Assembly: GCA_963804995.1 (NCBI GenBank) | Contig: CAWDSK010000003.1 | Span: 1,504,001-1,568,000 of the forward strand | From: an uncultured Acidobacteriota bacterium | GTDB taxonomy: Bacteria; Acidobacteriota; Terriglobia; UBA7540 | DNA: 64,000 nucleotides | Direction: 5' to 3' | Made by a program: the position numbers and the translations under genes | Shown here: positions 39,574 to 51,090 of the stretch, one piece after another | How positions within the stretch are numbered: the stretch's first letter is position 1 | Layout: each line of letters opens with the position of its first letter | The notes under the pieces: generated by a model | Told to the model about the DNA's origin: nothing | Database searches by the model: none | The model's input: the letters and a program-made list of their open reading frames with translations, nothing else

Positions 39574-40770
39574 ATGGCGCGAGACAAAGAGGTGGCATGC
39601 AACAAGACGTGGTGGAACGGGCGTGAGGCCTACTGCTTGACGAACGGGTTGGTGCAACTGGTAAGTCTGACGGGTGGGGGCCATCTGGCGGAATTTCGGT
39701 TCACGGATAAGAGTGGCCAGTCACGTATGAATCCTTTGTGGGCGCCGCCCTGGAAAACGATGGAGCCTTATCGCTATCAGGAAAAGCTGCACGGCAAGAC
39801 GTACGGTCCACGCTCGGAAGCGCAACTGCTTTCCGGCATCGCGGGGCACAATATTTGTCTTGATTATTTTGGTCCACCCTCGGAGGAGGAAGCCGCGGCG
39901 GGCATGTCGACGCACGGAGAAGCTCCCAGCGCGCGTTGGCGTAAGGAGCGCGCGCAGGTGACGGCCCGGCAGGCAGCGCTGAGGCTCGGCGTGCATTTGC
40001 CTGTGGCGGGACTGCGGTTCCGGCGCGAAATCCGCATGGCGCACGGCGAGTCCGTGGCCTACGTTCGGGAGACCGTGGTAAACGAGAACAAGCAGGACCA
40101 CCTCTTCCACTGGACGCAGCACGTGACCTTTGGCCCACCGTTTCTGGATGCGGAAGTGTGCCGCGTAGCGATTTCGGGGACCAACGGGTTGACACTTCCT
40201 GAGGGCTACGGAGGCCGCGAGTTGCTGGCCTCAGGAGAGGAATTCCGGTGGCCGCACGCGCCGGGAGCGAAGGGTGGGAAAGTGGATCTGCGGCAGCCTA
40301 TCTCTCATCAGGGTCTGGGCTTTTGCGCGGGTTTGCTTCTGGACCCGAACCGCGACATCGAGTTCGTGGCGGCGGTGAATACTGACGAAAACCTGTTGAT
40401 GGGCTACTGCTTCCGGCGCCAGGATTTTCCCTGGGCGGTGATCTGGGAGGAGAACTGCTCGCGGCAAGTGAATCCGTGGAAAGGGCGAACTCAAACACGG
40501 GGCATGGAGTTTGGCTCGACACCGCTGCCCTACCCGCGCCGGCAGGCCTTTGCCACGCCGCCGCTGTTTGGGACGCCGATGTTTTCGATTGTGTCAGCGC
40601 GCGGAAGTCTGACAGCGGAGTATGTGACTTTCCTCGCCACAGTGCCGCCTGACTTTGGAGAGGTTGAGGACGTCACGCTCGAAAAGGGTGCGATCCTCGT
40701 GCACGGGAGTCGTCAGAAGCTGCCCCTTCAAGTGCGGGCCAGAGGGTTGGCGGGACTTCTGGAAGGTTGA
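39574..40770 (+). CDS. Galactose-mutarotase/aldose-1-epimerase-like protein (DUF4432-like)
   Basis: GGHLAE, GHNICLD, HGEA, WTQHVTFGPPFL, RGMEF; AAGGAGGT RBS. Confidence 0.7.
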   Translation: MARDKEVACNKTWWNGREAYCLTNGLVQLVSLTGGGHLAEFRFTDKSGQSRMNPLWAPPWKTMEPYRYQEKLHGKTYGPRSEAQLLSGIAGHNICLDYFGPPSEEEAAAGMSTHGEAPSARWRKERAQVTARQAALRLGVHLPVAGLRFRREIRMAHGESVAYVRETVVNENKQDHLFHWTQHVTFGPPFLDAEVCRVAISGTNGLTLPEGYGGRELLASGEEFRWPHAPGAKGGKVDLRQPISHQGLGFCAGLLLDPNRDIEFVAAVNTDENLLMGYCFRRQDFPWAVIWEENCSRQVNPWKGRTQTRGMEFGSTPLPYPRRQAFATPPLFGTPMFSIVSARGSLTAEYVTFLATVPPDFGEVEDVTLEKGAILVHGSRQKLPLQVRARGLAGLLEG

Positions 40771-40891
40771 TCGACGAACAACTTACTCTGTAATGCAATA
40801 GCGTAAATCCTTGTTTTCCTGGCAAACAATTTGCACATCTCGTAGGGGCACCCCTATGAGACGCGTTGATTGCGGTCCCGCCCCACCTTTG

Positions 40892-42286
40892 CTACTTCTT
40901 CAAATCCTCCGGTGCGTCGATAAGGCTGCCCAGCATTTCGTAAATACGAATCAGCGCCTGATTCACCATGCGCTCGCCGGTTCCGACGGCGATATAGGTA
41001 TCGGAGTCAGCCGCTCCGTAACCACCTTCCGAGGCGGCTTTGACGGTGGGAAGATAATCATAATAACCGTTCGCGTAGCCCACAAAGAAAGTGCGGCGCA
41101 CCGGGCAGCGGTCGCGCCAGTTGACTTGAAAATCTACAAAGGGCTCGCCGGGCATGCTCATGAAGGCGATTTTTTTGTTGAGGAGAAGCGTTGTCATCAC
41201 CAGGGTAAGCTCGCGCCGGGGGTTATCGTTGTTCAGTAGCTCGGCGTGGTCCTCATACATTCTGGGACCGTAAGTCGCCAGCATCCCCTGCCGGAATTTT
41301 TTGGCATCCCAGCGCACGGGAAACGTGAGGGAGTCCTCGGCATACTGCAAACTGGGGTCGGCAGCGGCTTCGGTTTGGATTTTGTTCGCCACGCGCGCCG
41401 CTTCCGTGCCCAACTGTTCGCCGGTCCAGTCGCGCTTCTTGACGGCGTCATTGGCACGGTGCGTATCGGCGTAATAAGGATTGATGTCGCCGTCCCCACC
41501 CTGCAAAAAGAAACACAGTGGCCGGCCGCCGGTTGCGTCGCCCACGGATTGCTCCACGGTCCGGGCCATGACGCCCACATAATCCGCCGAGTACTCGAGG
41601 TTATCCGGGCCGAACACCACGGGGTGGCACGCGTAGTTCACCAGAATGGCCAGCGGCTTGCCATCCGTCGAGTCGACGCGCAAAACCGCAACCGTGGGAT
41701 CCAGGGGCGAGGTGGGAAGCTTGTCAGGATTCTCCCAGACCATGGTAACGGTGCCATCCGGATTGACGCGCCGTCGGTTGTAGCCGATGTTGACCCTGCC
41801 GAAGCCCGTGCCCAGTTGCGCTTCCACCTCGCGCCCGCGAGCTTCGGCGACGCCCTTCGCGATCTTGTTGAGGTCAGCGGTTTCCCAGGCGGGCGTATGG
41901 CTGGAAGGATATTCATCAAGGATATTGGGCCCGGAGTGTGTATGGGAGGCGGTAATGAGCAGGAAGGAAATCCCGCTCTCCTTGGCGATTTGATCGCGCA
42001 GTCGGGCGAGAGACGCGGGGCCAAAGGTCCGGCCCAGGTTGAGCGTGACCAGCGCCATACGCTTACCTTCCACCTCGATGACCAGGATCCGCGCGTAGAG
42101 AGGATCGAGCGTGCCGGTGGAAAGCTGCATGCGATCGAAGTACCCGTACATGGGCAAACCCGGCGGCGGGGTGATATCTACTTTCGCAACACCGGCCTTC
42201 AGGCCTGCTCCGAAGGCGAGCCCCGTGAGCACGCAGAAATAAAGCGCCAACCCTAAGGCAAGTTTCCGTCCCATGAGCCACCTCAC
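40892..42286 (-). CDS. Neutral/alkaline ceramidase N-terminal-domain family protein
   Basis: AGVAKVDITP, DPLYAR, ASHTHSGP, NYACHP, GDINP, PGEPF, GYANGY. Confidence 0.88.
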   Translation of the reverse strand: MRWLMGRKLALGLALYFCVLTGLAFGAGLKAGVAKVDITPPPGLPMYGYFDRMQLSTGTLDPLYARILVIEVEGKRMALVTLNLGRTFGPASLARLRDQIAKESGISFLLITASHTHSGPNILDEYPSSHTPAWETADLNKIAKGVAEARGREVEAQLGTGFGRVNIGYNRRRVNPDGTVTMVWENPDKLPTSPLDPTVAVLRVDSTDGKPLAILVNYACHPVVFGPDNLEYSADYVGVMARTVEQSVGDATGGRPLCFFLQGGDGDINPYYADTHRANDAVKKRDWTGEQLGTEAARVANKIQTEAAADPSLQYAEDSLTFPVRWDAKKFRQGMLATYGPRMYEDHAELLNNDNPRRELTLVMTTLLLNKKIAFMSMPGEPFVDFQVNWRDRCPVRRTFFVGYANGYYDYLPTVKAASEGGYGAADSDTYIAVGTGERMVNQALIRIYEMLGSLIDAPEDLKK

Positions 42287-43236
42287 TTGAGCTGTGCCTT
42301 CGACGCCATGGCCACCTGGCTAAGCGTCCCAAACCATACGCCTGGTTTCGACTGCATGTAGGTCACCAGGCGGTCGAGCGCCGCCAGCCGCGAGCGGTGT
42401 CCGGTTACGAACGGGTGCATGGTGAGCACGAACATCGTCCCCTCTTCATACGCCCGGTCGAATTCACCTTTGTAGATTTCATAAACGTCAGTGTCGCCCA
42501 CGCGGTTGTAGGCGTTCGACTGCCGATCGTAACTGTAGTAGGCGTAGTCGTCGAGAATCCACTCAACCGGCAGCTCGATGAGTCCCGTGGGTTTCCCTTG
42601 CGCAACAATCTCATAGGGACGGTCGTCAGCCATCAGGCTGGTGTCATAGAGCAAGCCCAGGTCCTGGATGATGGAGAGCGTGTCAGCCGTGAAATCCCAG
42701 GACGGAGTGCGAATGCCTGCCGGCTTGTGGCCCAGGCGCCGGGTCCACCAATCGAACGCCCGCGTGGTCAGCTCGCGCTCCTGACCGGGTTTCAAGTCCC
42801 CTATGAGCTCATGAATCCAGCCGTGAATTCCGATTTCGTGTTTCAGGGGCGACTTCAGAATCGCGTCGATGGCGTCGGGGTGAAGTTGCGCGTCCACGGC
42901 GGGGACGAAGAAGGTCAGCGGAATTTTGTGCTTCTCCGCCATCCCCAGAATGCGCGGCACTCCCACACGCGGCCCATACTCGCCTCGCGAAAGCGGTTGC
43001 GCGGAGGTATTCCCCGACCGCAAGAAACCCGATTCCGCGTCAAAGTCGAAAGAAAGCCCCACGGCCACGCGTGCCCCCTGGGGCCATTTCTTGGGCGTCA
43101 GGTCACGCCCGGCGCGAATCTTGTCCACGACCGCTTGAATGCGGGGAAGATCCCACTCCCAGACCGGCGTCTGGGTCTGCGCCAGCAAGGGAACCACCAG
43201 GAATAGCCCACTGAGAATCACTGCGCTACGCTTCAT
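42283..43236 (-). CDS. Secreted polysaccharide deacetylase (NodB/PuuE-like)
   Basis: SFDFD, GEYGPRVG, TFFVP, HEIGIHGWIHE, RTPSW, LTMHP. Confidence 0.9.
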   Translation of the reverse strand: MKRSAVILSGLFLVVPLLAQTQTPVWEWDLPRIQAVVDKIRAGRDLTPKKWPQGARVAVGLSFDFDAESGFLRSGNTSAQPLSRGEYGPRVGVPRILGMAEKHKIPLTFFVPAVDAQLHPDAIDAILKSPLKHEIGIHGWIHELIGDLKPGQERELTTRAFDWWTRRLGHKPAGIRTPSWDFTADTLSIIQDLGLLYDTSLMADDRPYEIVAQGKPTGLIELPVEWILDDYAYYSYDRQSNAYNRVGDTDVYEIYKGEFDRAYEEGTMFVLTMHPFVTGHRSRLAALDRLVTYMQSKPGVWFGTLSQVAMASKAQLK

Positions 43237-43342
43237 ACCAACCTCCTGACCTGCCAGCCGACTCCTTCAGGAAGGGGGGCTATATCAAAATGCCCAACGC
43301 ATGTCAATGCGCAGTTGTTTGTCGCAGCCGCAGATATGTTCC

Positions 43343-43688
43343 GTAGCGCGGTCCCCCGTCTTTTGAGGGGTCCGCGGTTCTTCGTTTGCAAAACCCGCAA
43401 ATCCCCAAAATACGGGCGGCGTCTTTGCCACGATACATTCGCTCAATTGGCATAGGAAGAGCCGCAGACCTCAACAGCGGAGGTCCGCGCTACCCTCGTG
43501 CATGGAATTCCATCGTGTTGTGCACAGAGCGAGCGGGCAGGGTTCGTAGCGCGGTCCCCCGTCTTTGGGGTCCGCGGTACTTCATTTGGAAAACCCGCAA
43601 ACGTTAACGACATGGGCCGGCCTTCGGAATCGGGTTCGTGACTCTCCCGAAGAACCGCAGACCCCAACGGCGGGGGTATGTGGCAGCC
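43343..43688. repeat. Two adjacent REP family A doublets
   Basis: GTAGCGCGGTCCCCCG... at 43343 and 43546; GAAGAGCCGCAGACCTCAACAGCGGAGGTCCGCGCTAC at 43456-43493; variant ending ...GGCAGCC at about 43649-43688. Confidence 0.85.
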
Positions 43689-43771
43689 GGCGGGGACGCG
43701 CACCGGGCGATCGCTGCCGCCTGCTTTTCCCGACTCGTCGGGACTCGCACAAAGCGCTCGCTGCCTACTGC

Positions 43772-44875
43772 CTATTTCAGCGCCACCCCGTAAAAGTAAT
43801 TGTACATAGTGTTGTTGTTCACACTCGGCACACTCTTATAGGAAGAAAATAGAACTGCCTGGTTCAGGAAAGTCATAAAGACATCCTGCTGAGTGGTGGG
43901 CGTGGTCACCCGGAAAGTAAACAGGCCGAAGCAGGGATTCGCAAGTTCGTTAGGTCCGAAGAGGTAAGGGGTATCGGCAACGGCCGCCAGGGCGCCTTGG
44001 GCCATGACGCCGCCTTGGGCATTGAGGAGCGTGACATTCCCCAGGGCGTCGACCACCAGGCTCCCGATGCCCATGCTGGGGGTTCCTGTCTCCACGTTGC
44101 CCTGTCCGTAACTGGCATTTCCTTTGTGATAATACATGGTCTTGTAAGTAGCGGCGTAGGTAGGGTCAAAGGCCTTCGTAGCCGCCTGCTGCAAACCGAG
44201 GATAGCGCCATTGGGATTATCCACGGCGAAGATCCCGTTGGGAGTCCCGAAAATGTAATCGGGCTGACTGGCATTCTCGGTGAGCGTCATGAAGGTCCCG
44301 GAGGGATCTTCCTGCATGTTGGCGCCGGCAAAGCTGGAGGAATTGAAGGAACCTTGCTGGTTCTGTGCCCCGTAGGGCCAGTAGTCTGACGTGGTGATAT
44401 TGGTCTGCGCGTCGATATTGACTGAGCCGATGGAAACGCCGCCTACGGAAGTCCGAAACTGCATGTAGTTGTATTGTTGATTGTCGAAGGTGCCAGGCGA
44501 GATCTGAGAGGCTTGGACCGCGGTGACCAAGGCCAACGTGTTGTGGTTGGGGCCCGTCTTGGCCGCCTGAATGAGCAGAACATAATTAGGGACCTCAAAG
44601 GCCGCCAGCAAGTTGCCGTTGGGATCGCTCAGGGTATAAGTCCCATCGGCGTTTGCCGTGTAGGCAACCGTCCCGCTGTCACTATTGGAATGATTTGTAT
44701 AAGTCAGGGTTTGCGCATTGGGATCGAGCGACACCGTAAAGAAATCACCGACCGATGCGGTTCCTGTGTATGTCCGCACTGCGGAGGGCTGCGAAACAGG
44801 CGTTGTCACACTTCCTGAACCGCAACCCATCGTTCCCAGAGCTAAGATGATGGCTATTGCAATACGATATTTCAT
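43772..44875 (-). CDS. Lipoprotein of unknown function (T/N/G-rich, beta-strand-rich)
   Basis: MKYRIAIAIILALGTMGC lipobox-like signal; GAGGT RBS. Confidence 0.75.
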   Translation of the reverse strand: MKYRIAIAIILALGTMGCGSGSVTTPVSQPSAVRTYTGTASVGDFFTVSLDPNAQTLTYTNHSNSDSGTVAYTANADGTYTLSDPNGNLLAAFEVPNYVLLIQAAKTGPNHNTLALVTAVQASQISPGTFDNQQYNYMQFRTSVGGVSIGSVNIDAQTNITTSDYWPYGAQNQQGSFNSSSFAGANMQEDPSGTFMTLTENASQPDYIFGTPNGIFAVDNPNGAILGLQQAATKAFDPTYAATYKTMYYHKGNASYGQGNVETGTPSMGIGSLVVDALGNVTLLNAQGGVMAQGALAAVADTPYLFGPNELANPCFGLFTFRVTTPTTQQDVFMTFLNQAVLFSSYKSVPSVNNNTMYNYFYGVALK

Positions 44876-45096
44876 GGATACACCTCGCGTAGTTTGGAGA
44901 CATCAATTAAGGGCTATCGGGAATCGGCCGCGAAACTTTAGAAGGATGAGAGAGATTTTAAGCGGGGTGCAGCGCCGGACATGAGGGGACCCTCATCGTC
45001 ACCGTTGGCTGGCCCAGCGGAGCCGCCAACCACGAGTTGATGGGGGTGGTGTGATAACATCGCTTCTTTATGACCCGGCAGAAAGGAGTAGGGAAA

Positions 45097-45657
45097 ATGG
45101 ATGATCCTGAACTTATCGAGCTGCGCGGACTGCTTGACCAGCATGAAAAGCTCGTCTACGAAGCCGTCAAGGCCGGTGTGGTGGACGGCCTCCCGCACGA
45201 AAGTCAACTCTACGCACAAGCGATACAAGAACACGTGCACCTGAAGCACGTTCACAACGCCCTTGAGTTCGCAGACCTGCGAGACGGAGCGCCCTACGAA
45301 ATCACATTCAAGGGGGATACGGTGAATCCCCTGGCCCACCTCGCGGTGCATTCGGCCGTCAAGGGACAGATTGAAAAGGACCCTTTGGTAAGGGCCGCTT
45401 TTGAAAAGATGGTGGCCACCGGCACTTCAGCTCATCAGGCCGAACACCTACTCGCTGCCATGCTCACGGAGCTACTGTGGGAGTACAGCCAGGCCGCCGA
45501 GGGTGGGCATGAGAGAGCAAGGTCGATCTACTATCGCAAAATCAAGAAGCTCAACTGGGGTTCGGCCTTTCGCAAAAAAACTTACCCAAAAGTTCAGTGC
45601 CGATCATTTCGTGTTCGAATAGGAAGGCCCGCCAAGACGGGCCTCAGGATTGGTTGA
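45097..45657 (+). CDS. DUF1841-like protein; the C-terminus may be frameshifted in the A-run near 45574-45580
   Basis: VNPLAHLAVHSAVKGQI and AHQAEH motifs; an alternative frame ends KKLTQKFSADHFVFE at 45622. Confidence 0.65.
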   Translation: MDDPELIELRGLLDQHEKLVYEAVKAGVVDGLPHESQLYAQAIQEHVHLKHVHNALEFADLRDGAPYEITFKGDTVNPLAHLAVHSAVKGQIEKDPLVRAAFEKMVATGTSAHQAEHLLAAMLTELLWEYSQAAEGGHERARSIYYRKIKKLNWGSAFRKKTYPKVQCRSFRVRIGRPAKTGLRIG

Positions 45658-45858
45658 GTGAATCTCAGGAAGGACTTTACCGCAGAGGCGCTGAGACGCG
45701 GAGAAAAGGGGTTTTCATTTTCAGATCTTTCCGCCTCCGCGCCTCTGCGCTAACAAGAGCACCTAAGGATTGTTGTACTGCCTTTTGCCTTTTGCCTACT
45801 GCCTTTCCCGACTTTGTCGGGACTCGCAGAAAGCGCTCGCTGCCTTTCTGCTCCCTCG

Positions 45859-46785
45859 CTACACCCCGATAATCCCCACCAACTCCTTCACCGCGGCTGC
45901 GGATTTTTCGAGTGCGGCCTGTTCTTCGGGCGTCAGCTTGATCGTAACGATTTCTTCAATCCCCTTCGCACCCAACTTAACGGGCACGCCTACAAACAAT
46001 CCGTTAATTCCGTACTCACCCTCGAGATAGGCGGCGCAGGGCAGTATCTTCTTGCGGTCGTTGAAGATCGCATCGATCATCTGCACCACCGCGGCCGAGG
46101 GCGCATAGAACGCGCTGCCGGTCTTCAGCAGATTCACGATCTCCGCGCCACCCTTGCGCGTGCGGTCAATAATCTTATCGAGTTGATCTTTGGGCATGAG
46201 TTGCGCCACCGGCACGCCTGCCACCGTGGTGTAGCTTGGGACCGGCACCATGGTGTCGCCATGCCCGCCCAGGACCAAGCCCTCCACGTCCTGCACGGAA
46301 ACGTTCAGGGCTTCGGCGATAAACGTCCGGTAGCGCGCGGAATCAAGCACCCCCGCCATGCCGATTACACGGTTCTTGGGGAAGCCGCTGACGCGAAAGG
46401 CGGTCTGCACCATGGCGTCCAAGGGATTCGTCACCACAATCAGAATCGAGTTGGGCGACTGCTTGGCCGCCTGCTCGACGGCGGAATGCACAACCTCAAA
46501 GTTGGCTCGCAGCAAATCGTCGCGACTCATGCCGGGCTTGCGAGGAAACCCTGCGGTCATCACTACGATGTCAGAATCCGCCGTGTCCTGGTAGTCGTTC
46601 GTGCCCTTGATCTTGACGTTGTAGCCTTCGATCGGGCCCGCTTCAAGCAGGTCCAATCCCTTGCCCTGCGGCACGCCCTCCAGGATGTCGATGATCACCA
46701 CATCGGCCAGTTGTTTGTCCACGATGCGGTGGGCAAGCGTCGCCCCCACGTTCCCTGCCCCGATTACTGTGACTTTTTTACGCAT
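45859..46785 (-). CDS. mdh: Malate dehydrogenase (LDH-like type)
   Basis: [38 protein letters not shown]. Confidence 0.97.
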   Translation of the reverse strand: MRKKVTVIGAGNVGATLAHRIVDKQLADVVIIDILEGVPQGKGLDLLEAGPIEGYNVKIKGTNDYQDTADSDIVVMTAGFPRKPGMSRDDLLRANFEVVHSAVEQAAKQSPNSILIVVTNPLDAMVQTAFRVSGFPKNRVIGMAGVLDSARYRTFIAEALNVSVQDVEGLVLGGHGDTMVPVPSYTTVAGVPVAQLMPKDQLDKIIDRTRKGGAEIVNLLKTGSAFYAPSAAVVQMIDAIFNDRKKILPCAAYLEGEYGINGLFVGVPVKLGAKGIEEIVTIKLTPEEQAALEKSAAAVKELVGIIGV

Positions 46786-46910
46786 AAATCCTCCCCCAAA
46801 GATATTGGGTGATCCAGCGATCGGGCGATCCGGCGAACAAAAACCATTCCGATGCAGATTGTTCCTTGCTCACCCGATCTCCCGATCTACCGATCACCCG
46901 ATGATTCCGC

Positions 46911-48335
<1,425 letters not shown>

Positions 48336-48494
48336 GGGTCAAAACCCTCTTTCTTGGTCGATTGCTTGTCACGTGGGCACTTACGTCGCGAGACTTTTAT
48401 ACCGAAAACAGTAAGAATAGTACACCCAGCAACAAGGAGACAAGGAGAGATTTGGTCTTTCGATCTACCGCCTATGTCCGCCGATTGCAGAGCG

Positions 48495-49754
48495 TTACTC
48501 ATACCGCAGGGCGGTGATGGGATCGAGTCGCGCTGCCTTCAAAGCTGGCCAGAGACCGAAGAACAAACCGACGCCTGTTGAGACAACAAAGCCTGCTACG
48601 ACTGACCACAGGGGGACGGTGGACGGCAGGCTAGGCACCAGGGTTCGGATGAGGAAGCTCAGCAGCCAGCCTACAGCGATTCCGATGATTCCACCTGAAC
48701 CGGTGAGCGTGACGGCCTCCAGCAGAAATTGCCAGGCGATATCGCGCTGGCGCGCGCCCACGGCCTTGCGCACGCCAATCTCCCGGGTGCGTTCCGTAAC
48801 CGACACCAGCATGATGTCCATGACGCCGATGCCCCCCACCAGCAAGCCGATGGAGGAGATCACCACCATCACCAGCGCCACGGTGCTGATAATGTCGCGA
48901 AACTCCGTGATGATGGACTCCGCCGTGGCGATCCCAAAGTTGTCCGGCTCGCTGGGTTTCACGTGACGGCGGCGGCGCAGGAGACCACGGATTTCATCCT
49001 GCGCCTCGTTCATCCGTCCGCGGGAAGCCAGGGCGCTGATGAAATGATCTCTCGCCGCAGGATAGAGCTTCTTGTAGGTCCAATAGGGTATAAAAATGTC
49101 ACGGTCGTCAGGACTGTCACCCAGGACTCCCTTAAACTTGTGGAGTGTGCCGATGACTTCCAAGGAGTGCCCATCCACAACCACGGTTTTGCCGACGGGA
49201 TCTTCGTGCTGAAAGAGTTGTTCCACCACATTGGCGGCAATGACGGTGACATCCCGCCGATGCAGATCGTCCGTCTGGGTGAAAAAACGGCCGTCGGCGA
49301 GAGAGGAGTTGGCGAGCGCCAGATAGTTCGCGTCCACACCCATATACTGTGCCCCTGCCATCTCGCGGCCCTTGTAACGCGCCGTGGAGGGTGGCAAGCC
49401 AAACTCGGCCATCTCACTGAACAGGCCCACCGACACCTCCTCGACGTCGGGGCATTGCTCCTTGATGGCCTTGGCGTCCTCGTAGCTCAGCGGTTTGCGC
49501 AGCCGCTCCTCGCGCGTCAGGCGGTGGGGCGCCCCCATCTCAAGCTTATAAAGCCAGATCACCCTCGTCCCAAATTGCTCCGCTGCCTGCACCAATTGCG
49601 CGTCGAGACCCGAAACGATCGAAGCCACTGCAATCACCGTGGTGGTGCCGATGAGGACGCCCAGCACGGTGAGAAAAGACCGGAACTTGTGCGCGCGCAG
49701 GGTGTCGAGCGCCAACCACAGGTTTTCACCGACGGCTTGCCAGTACGTCTTCAT
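48495..49754 (-). CDS. MacB/FtsX-family ABC permease
   Basis: RSFLTVLGVLIG, VSVTERTREIGVRKAVGA, LDPITALRYE. Confidence 0.93.
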   Translation of the reverse strand: MKTYWQAVGENLWLALDTLRAHKFRSFLTVLGVLIGTTTVIAVASIVSGLDAQLVQAAEQFGTRVIWLYKLEMGAPHRLTREERLRKPLSYEDAKAIKEQCPDVEEVSVGLFSEMAEFGLPPSTARYKGREMAGAQYMGVDANYLALANSSLADGRFFTQTDDLHRRDVTVIAANVVEQLFQHEDPVGKTVVVDGHSLEVIGTLHKFKGVLGDSPDDRDIFIPYWTYKKLYPAARDHFISALASRGRMNEAQDEIRGLLRRRRHVKPSEPDNFGIATAESIITEFRDIISTVALVMVVISSIGLLVGGIGVMDIMLVSVTERTREIGVRKAVGARQRDIAWQFLLEAVTLTGSGGIIGIAVGWLLSFLIRTLVPSLPSTVPLWSVVAGFVVSTGVGLFFGLWPALKAARLDPITALRYE

Positions 49755-49755
49755 G

Positions 49756-51054
49756 CTATTTCTCGGCACGCAGCGCCTGAATGGGATCAAGCGCCGCCGC
49801 CCTCCGGGCTGGGTAGATGCCGAAGAAGAGCCCTACCAGGGTCGAAACGGTAAGCCCCACGATCACCGCGCTGAGGGGCACTTCAGCAGTGAAAATGACG
49901 GCCACCAAACGCGCCAGGGCATAGGAGATGAGCACTCCCGTAAGGCCGCCGAGGCCCGCCAGTGCCGCAGCTTCGATCAGGAATTGCCATAGGATGTCGC
50001 TGCGCTTCGCCCCCACAGATTTGCGAATTCCGATCTCGTGGGTGCGCTCGGTGACCGTGGCCAACATGATGTTCATAATCACAATTCCGCCCACCACCAT
50101 GAACACCGCCACGATGCCAATCGTGACGGCAAAGATGGTGCCCGTCAGGTTCTGCCAGGCGCTCATCAGGGTTTCGGAGGCGTTGATGCCGAAGGTGTCG
50201 TCCTCGCAGTAGGGCACGTGGCGGCGCGCCCGCATCAGGATTCGAACCTCGTCCTCCAACTCCATCATATGCTGAGCGTCCGGGGCTTTGATGAAAACGA
50301 TCAGCTCCAGGTGGGGCATGAAAAGATTCCGGAAAGTGCCGAGAGGAATGAATACAAAATTGTCCTGGCTCACGCCGAAGGTGGAGCCCACCTTCTCCGC
50401 CACGCCCACCACGGTGAAGTTATGGCCTCCCACCACCAATTCCTTGCCAATGGGATCGGCGGAGGGGAAAAGCTTCTCCACAATGTCTTGGCCAACAAAG
50501 CAAACCCGCGTATTGTGGCGGTAGTCCTGGTCGGTGATGTACCGTCCCCACGCCACTTTTTCGCGGCCGATGTAGGCGTGGCTGGAGGTGATTCCCATCA
50601 GCGTCACCTCGGTGATCGACCGCCCGCCATATCGCGCCTCGGGACCGTTTTGTGGTTGCGCGATAGCGCTGATGGCCTCATAGCCGCTCAGCGTTTCCCG
50701 CAGGTATTCGTACTCCTCGAAACGGATGGGCCGGTTGTGCCGCAAAGCTTTCAGGAACTCGTCGTACCCCTGCGCCCACTTGAACTGATGAAGCACGAAA
50801 GTGTTCGTACCGAGATTGGCAATTTTGGTGGCGATATAGAGGTTCATGCCGTTCACCACCGACATCACAACGATCAGGGTGGTAGTGGCGATGACAACGC
50901 CGAGCAGGGTGAGGAAGGAGCGCAGCTTGTGGGTGCGTAGTTCTTCCAGCGCCAGCCAGAAAGCCTCGCGCGCCGGAATCCAGAAACCAGCGTGCTGCCG
51001 GAGCTTTTCCCGCAAGCGTGCAATGGCCGTGCGGGTTCGGCTAAAAATGGACAT
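49756..51054 (-). CDS. MacB/FtsX-family ABC permease
   Basis: KLRSFLTLLG, MNIMLATVTERTHEIG, LDPIQALRAE. Confidence 0.93.
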   Translation of the reverse strand: MSIFSRTRTAIARLREKLRQHAGFWIPAREAFWLALEELRTHKLRSFLTLLGVVIATTTLIVVMSVVNGMNLYIATKIANLGTNTFVLHQFKWAQGYDEFLKALRHNRPIRFEEYEYLRETLSGYEAISAIAQPQNGPEARYGGRSITEVTLMGITSSHAYIGREKVAWGRYITDQDYRHNTRVCFVGQDIVEKLFPSADPIGKELVVGGHNFTVVGVAEKVGSTFGVSQDNFVFIPLGTFRNLFMPHLELIVFIKAPDAQHMMELEDEVRILMRARRHVPYCEDDTFGINASETLMSAWQNLTGTIFAVTIGIVAVFMVVGGIVIMNIMLATVTERTHEIGIRKSVGAKRSDILWQFLIEAAALAGLGGLTGVLISYALARLVAVIFTAEVPLSAVIVGLTVSTLVGLFFGIYPARRAAALDPIQALRAEK

Positions 51055-51090
51055 GTCAACTGCGTTCCGCGCCTGAAGGCACCTGCGCGA

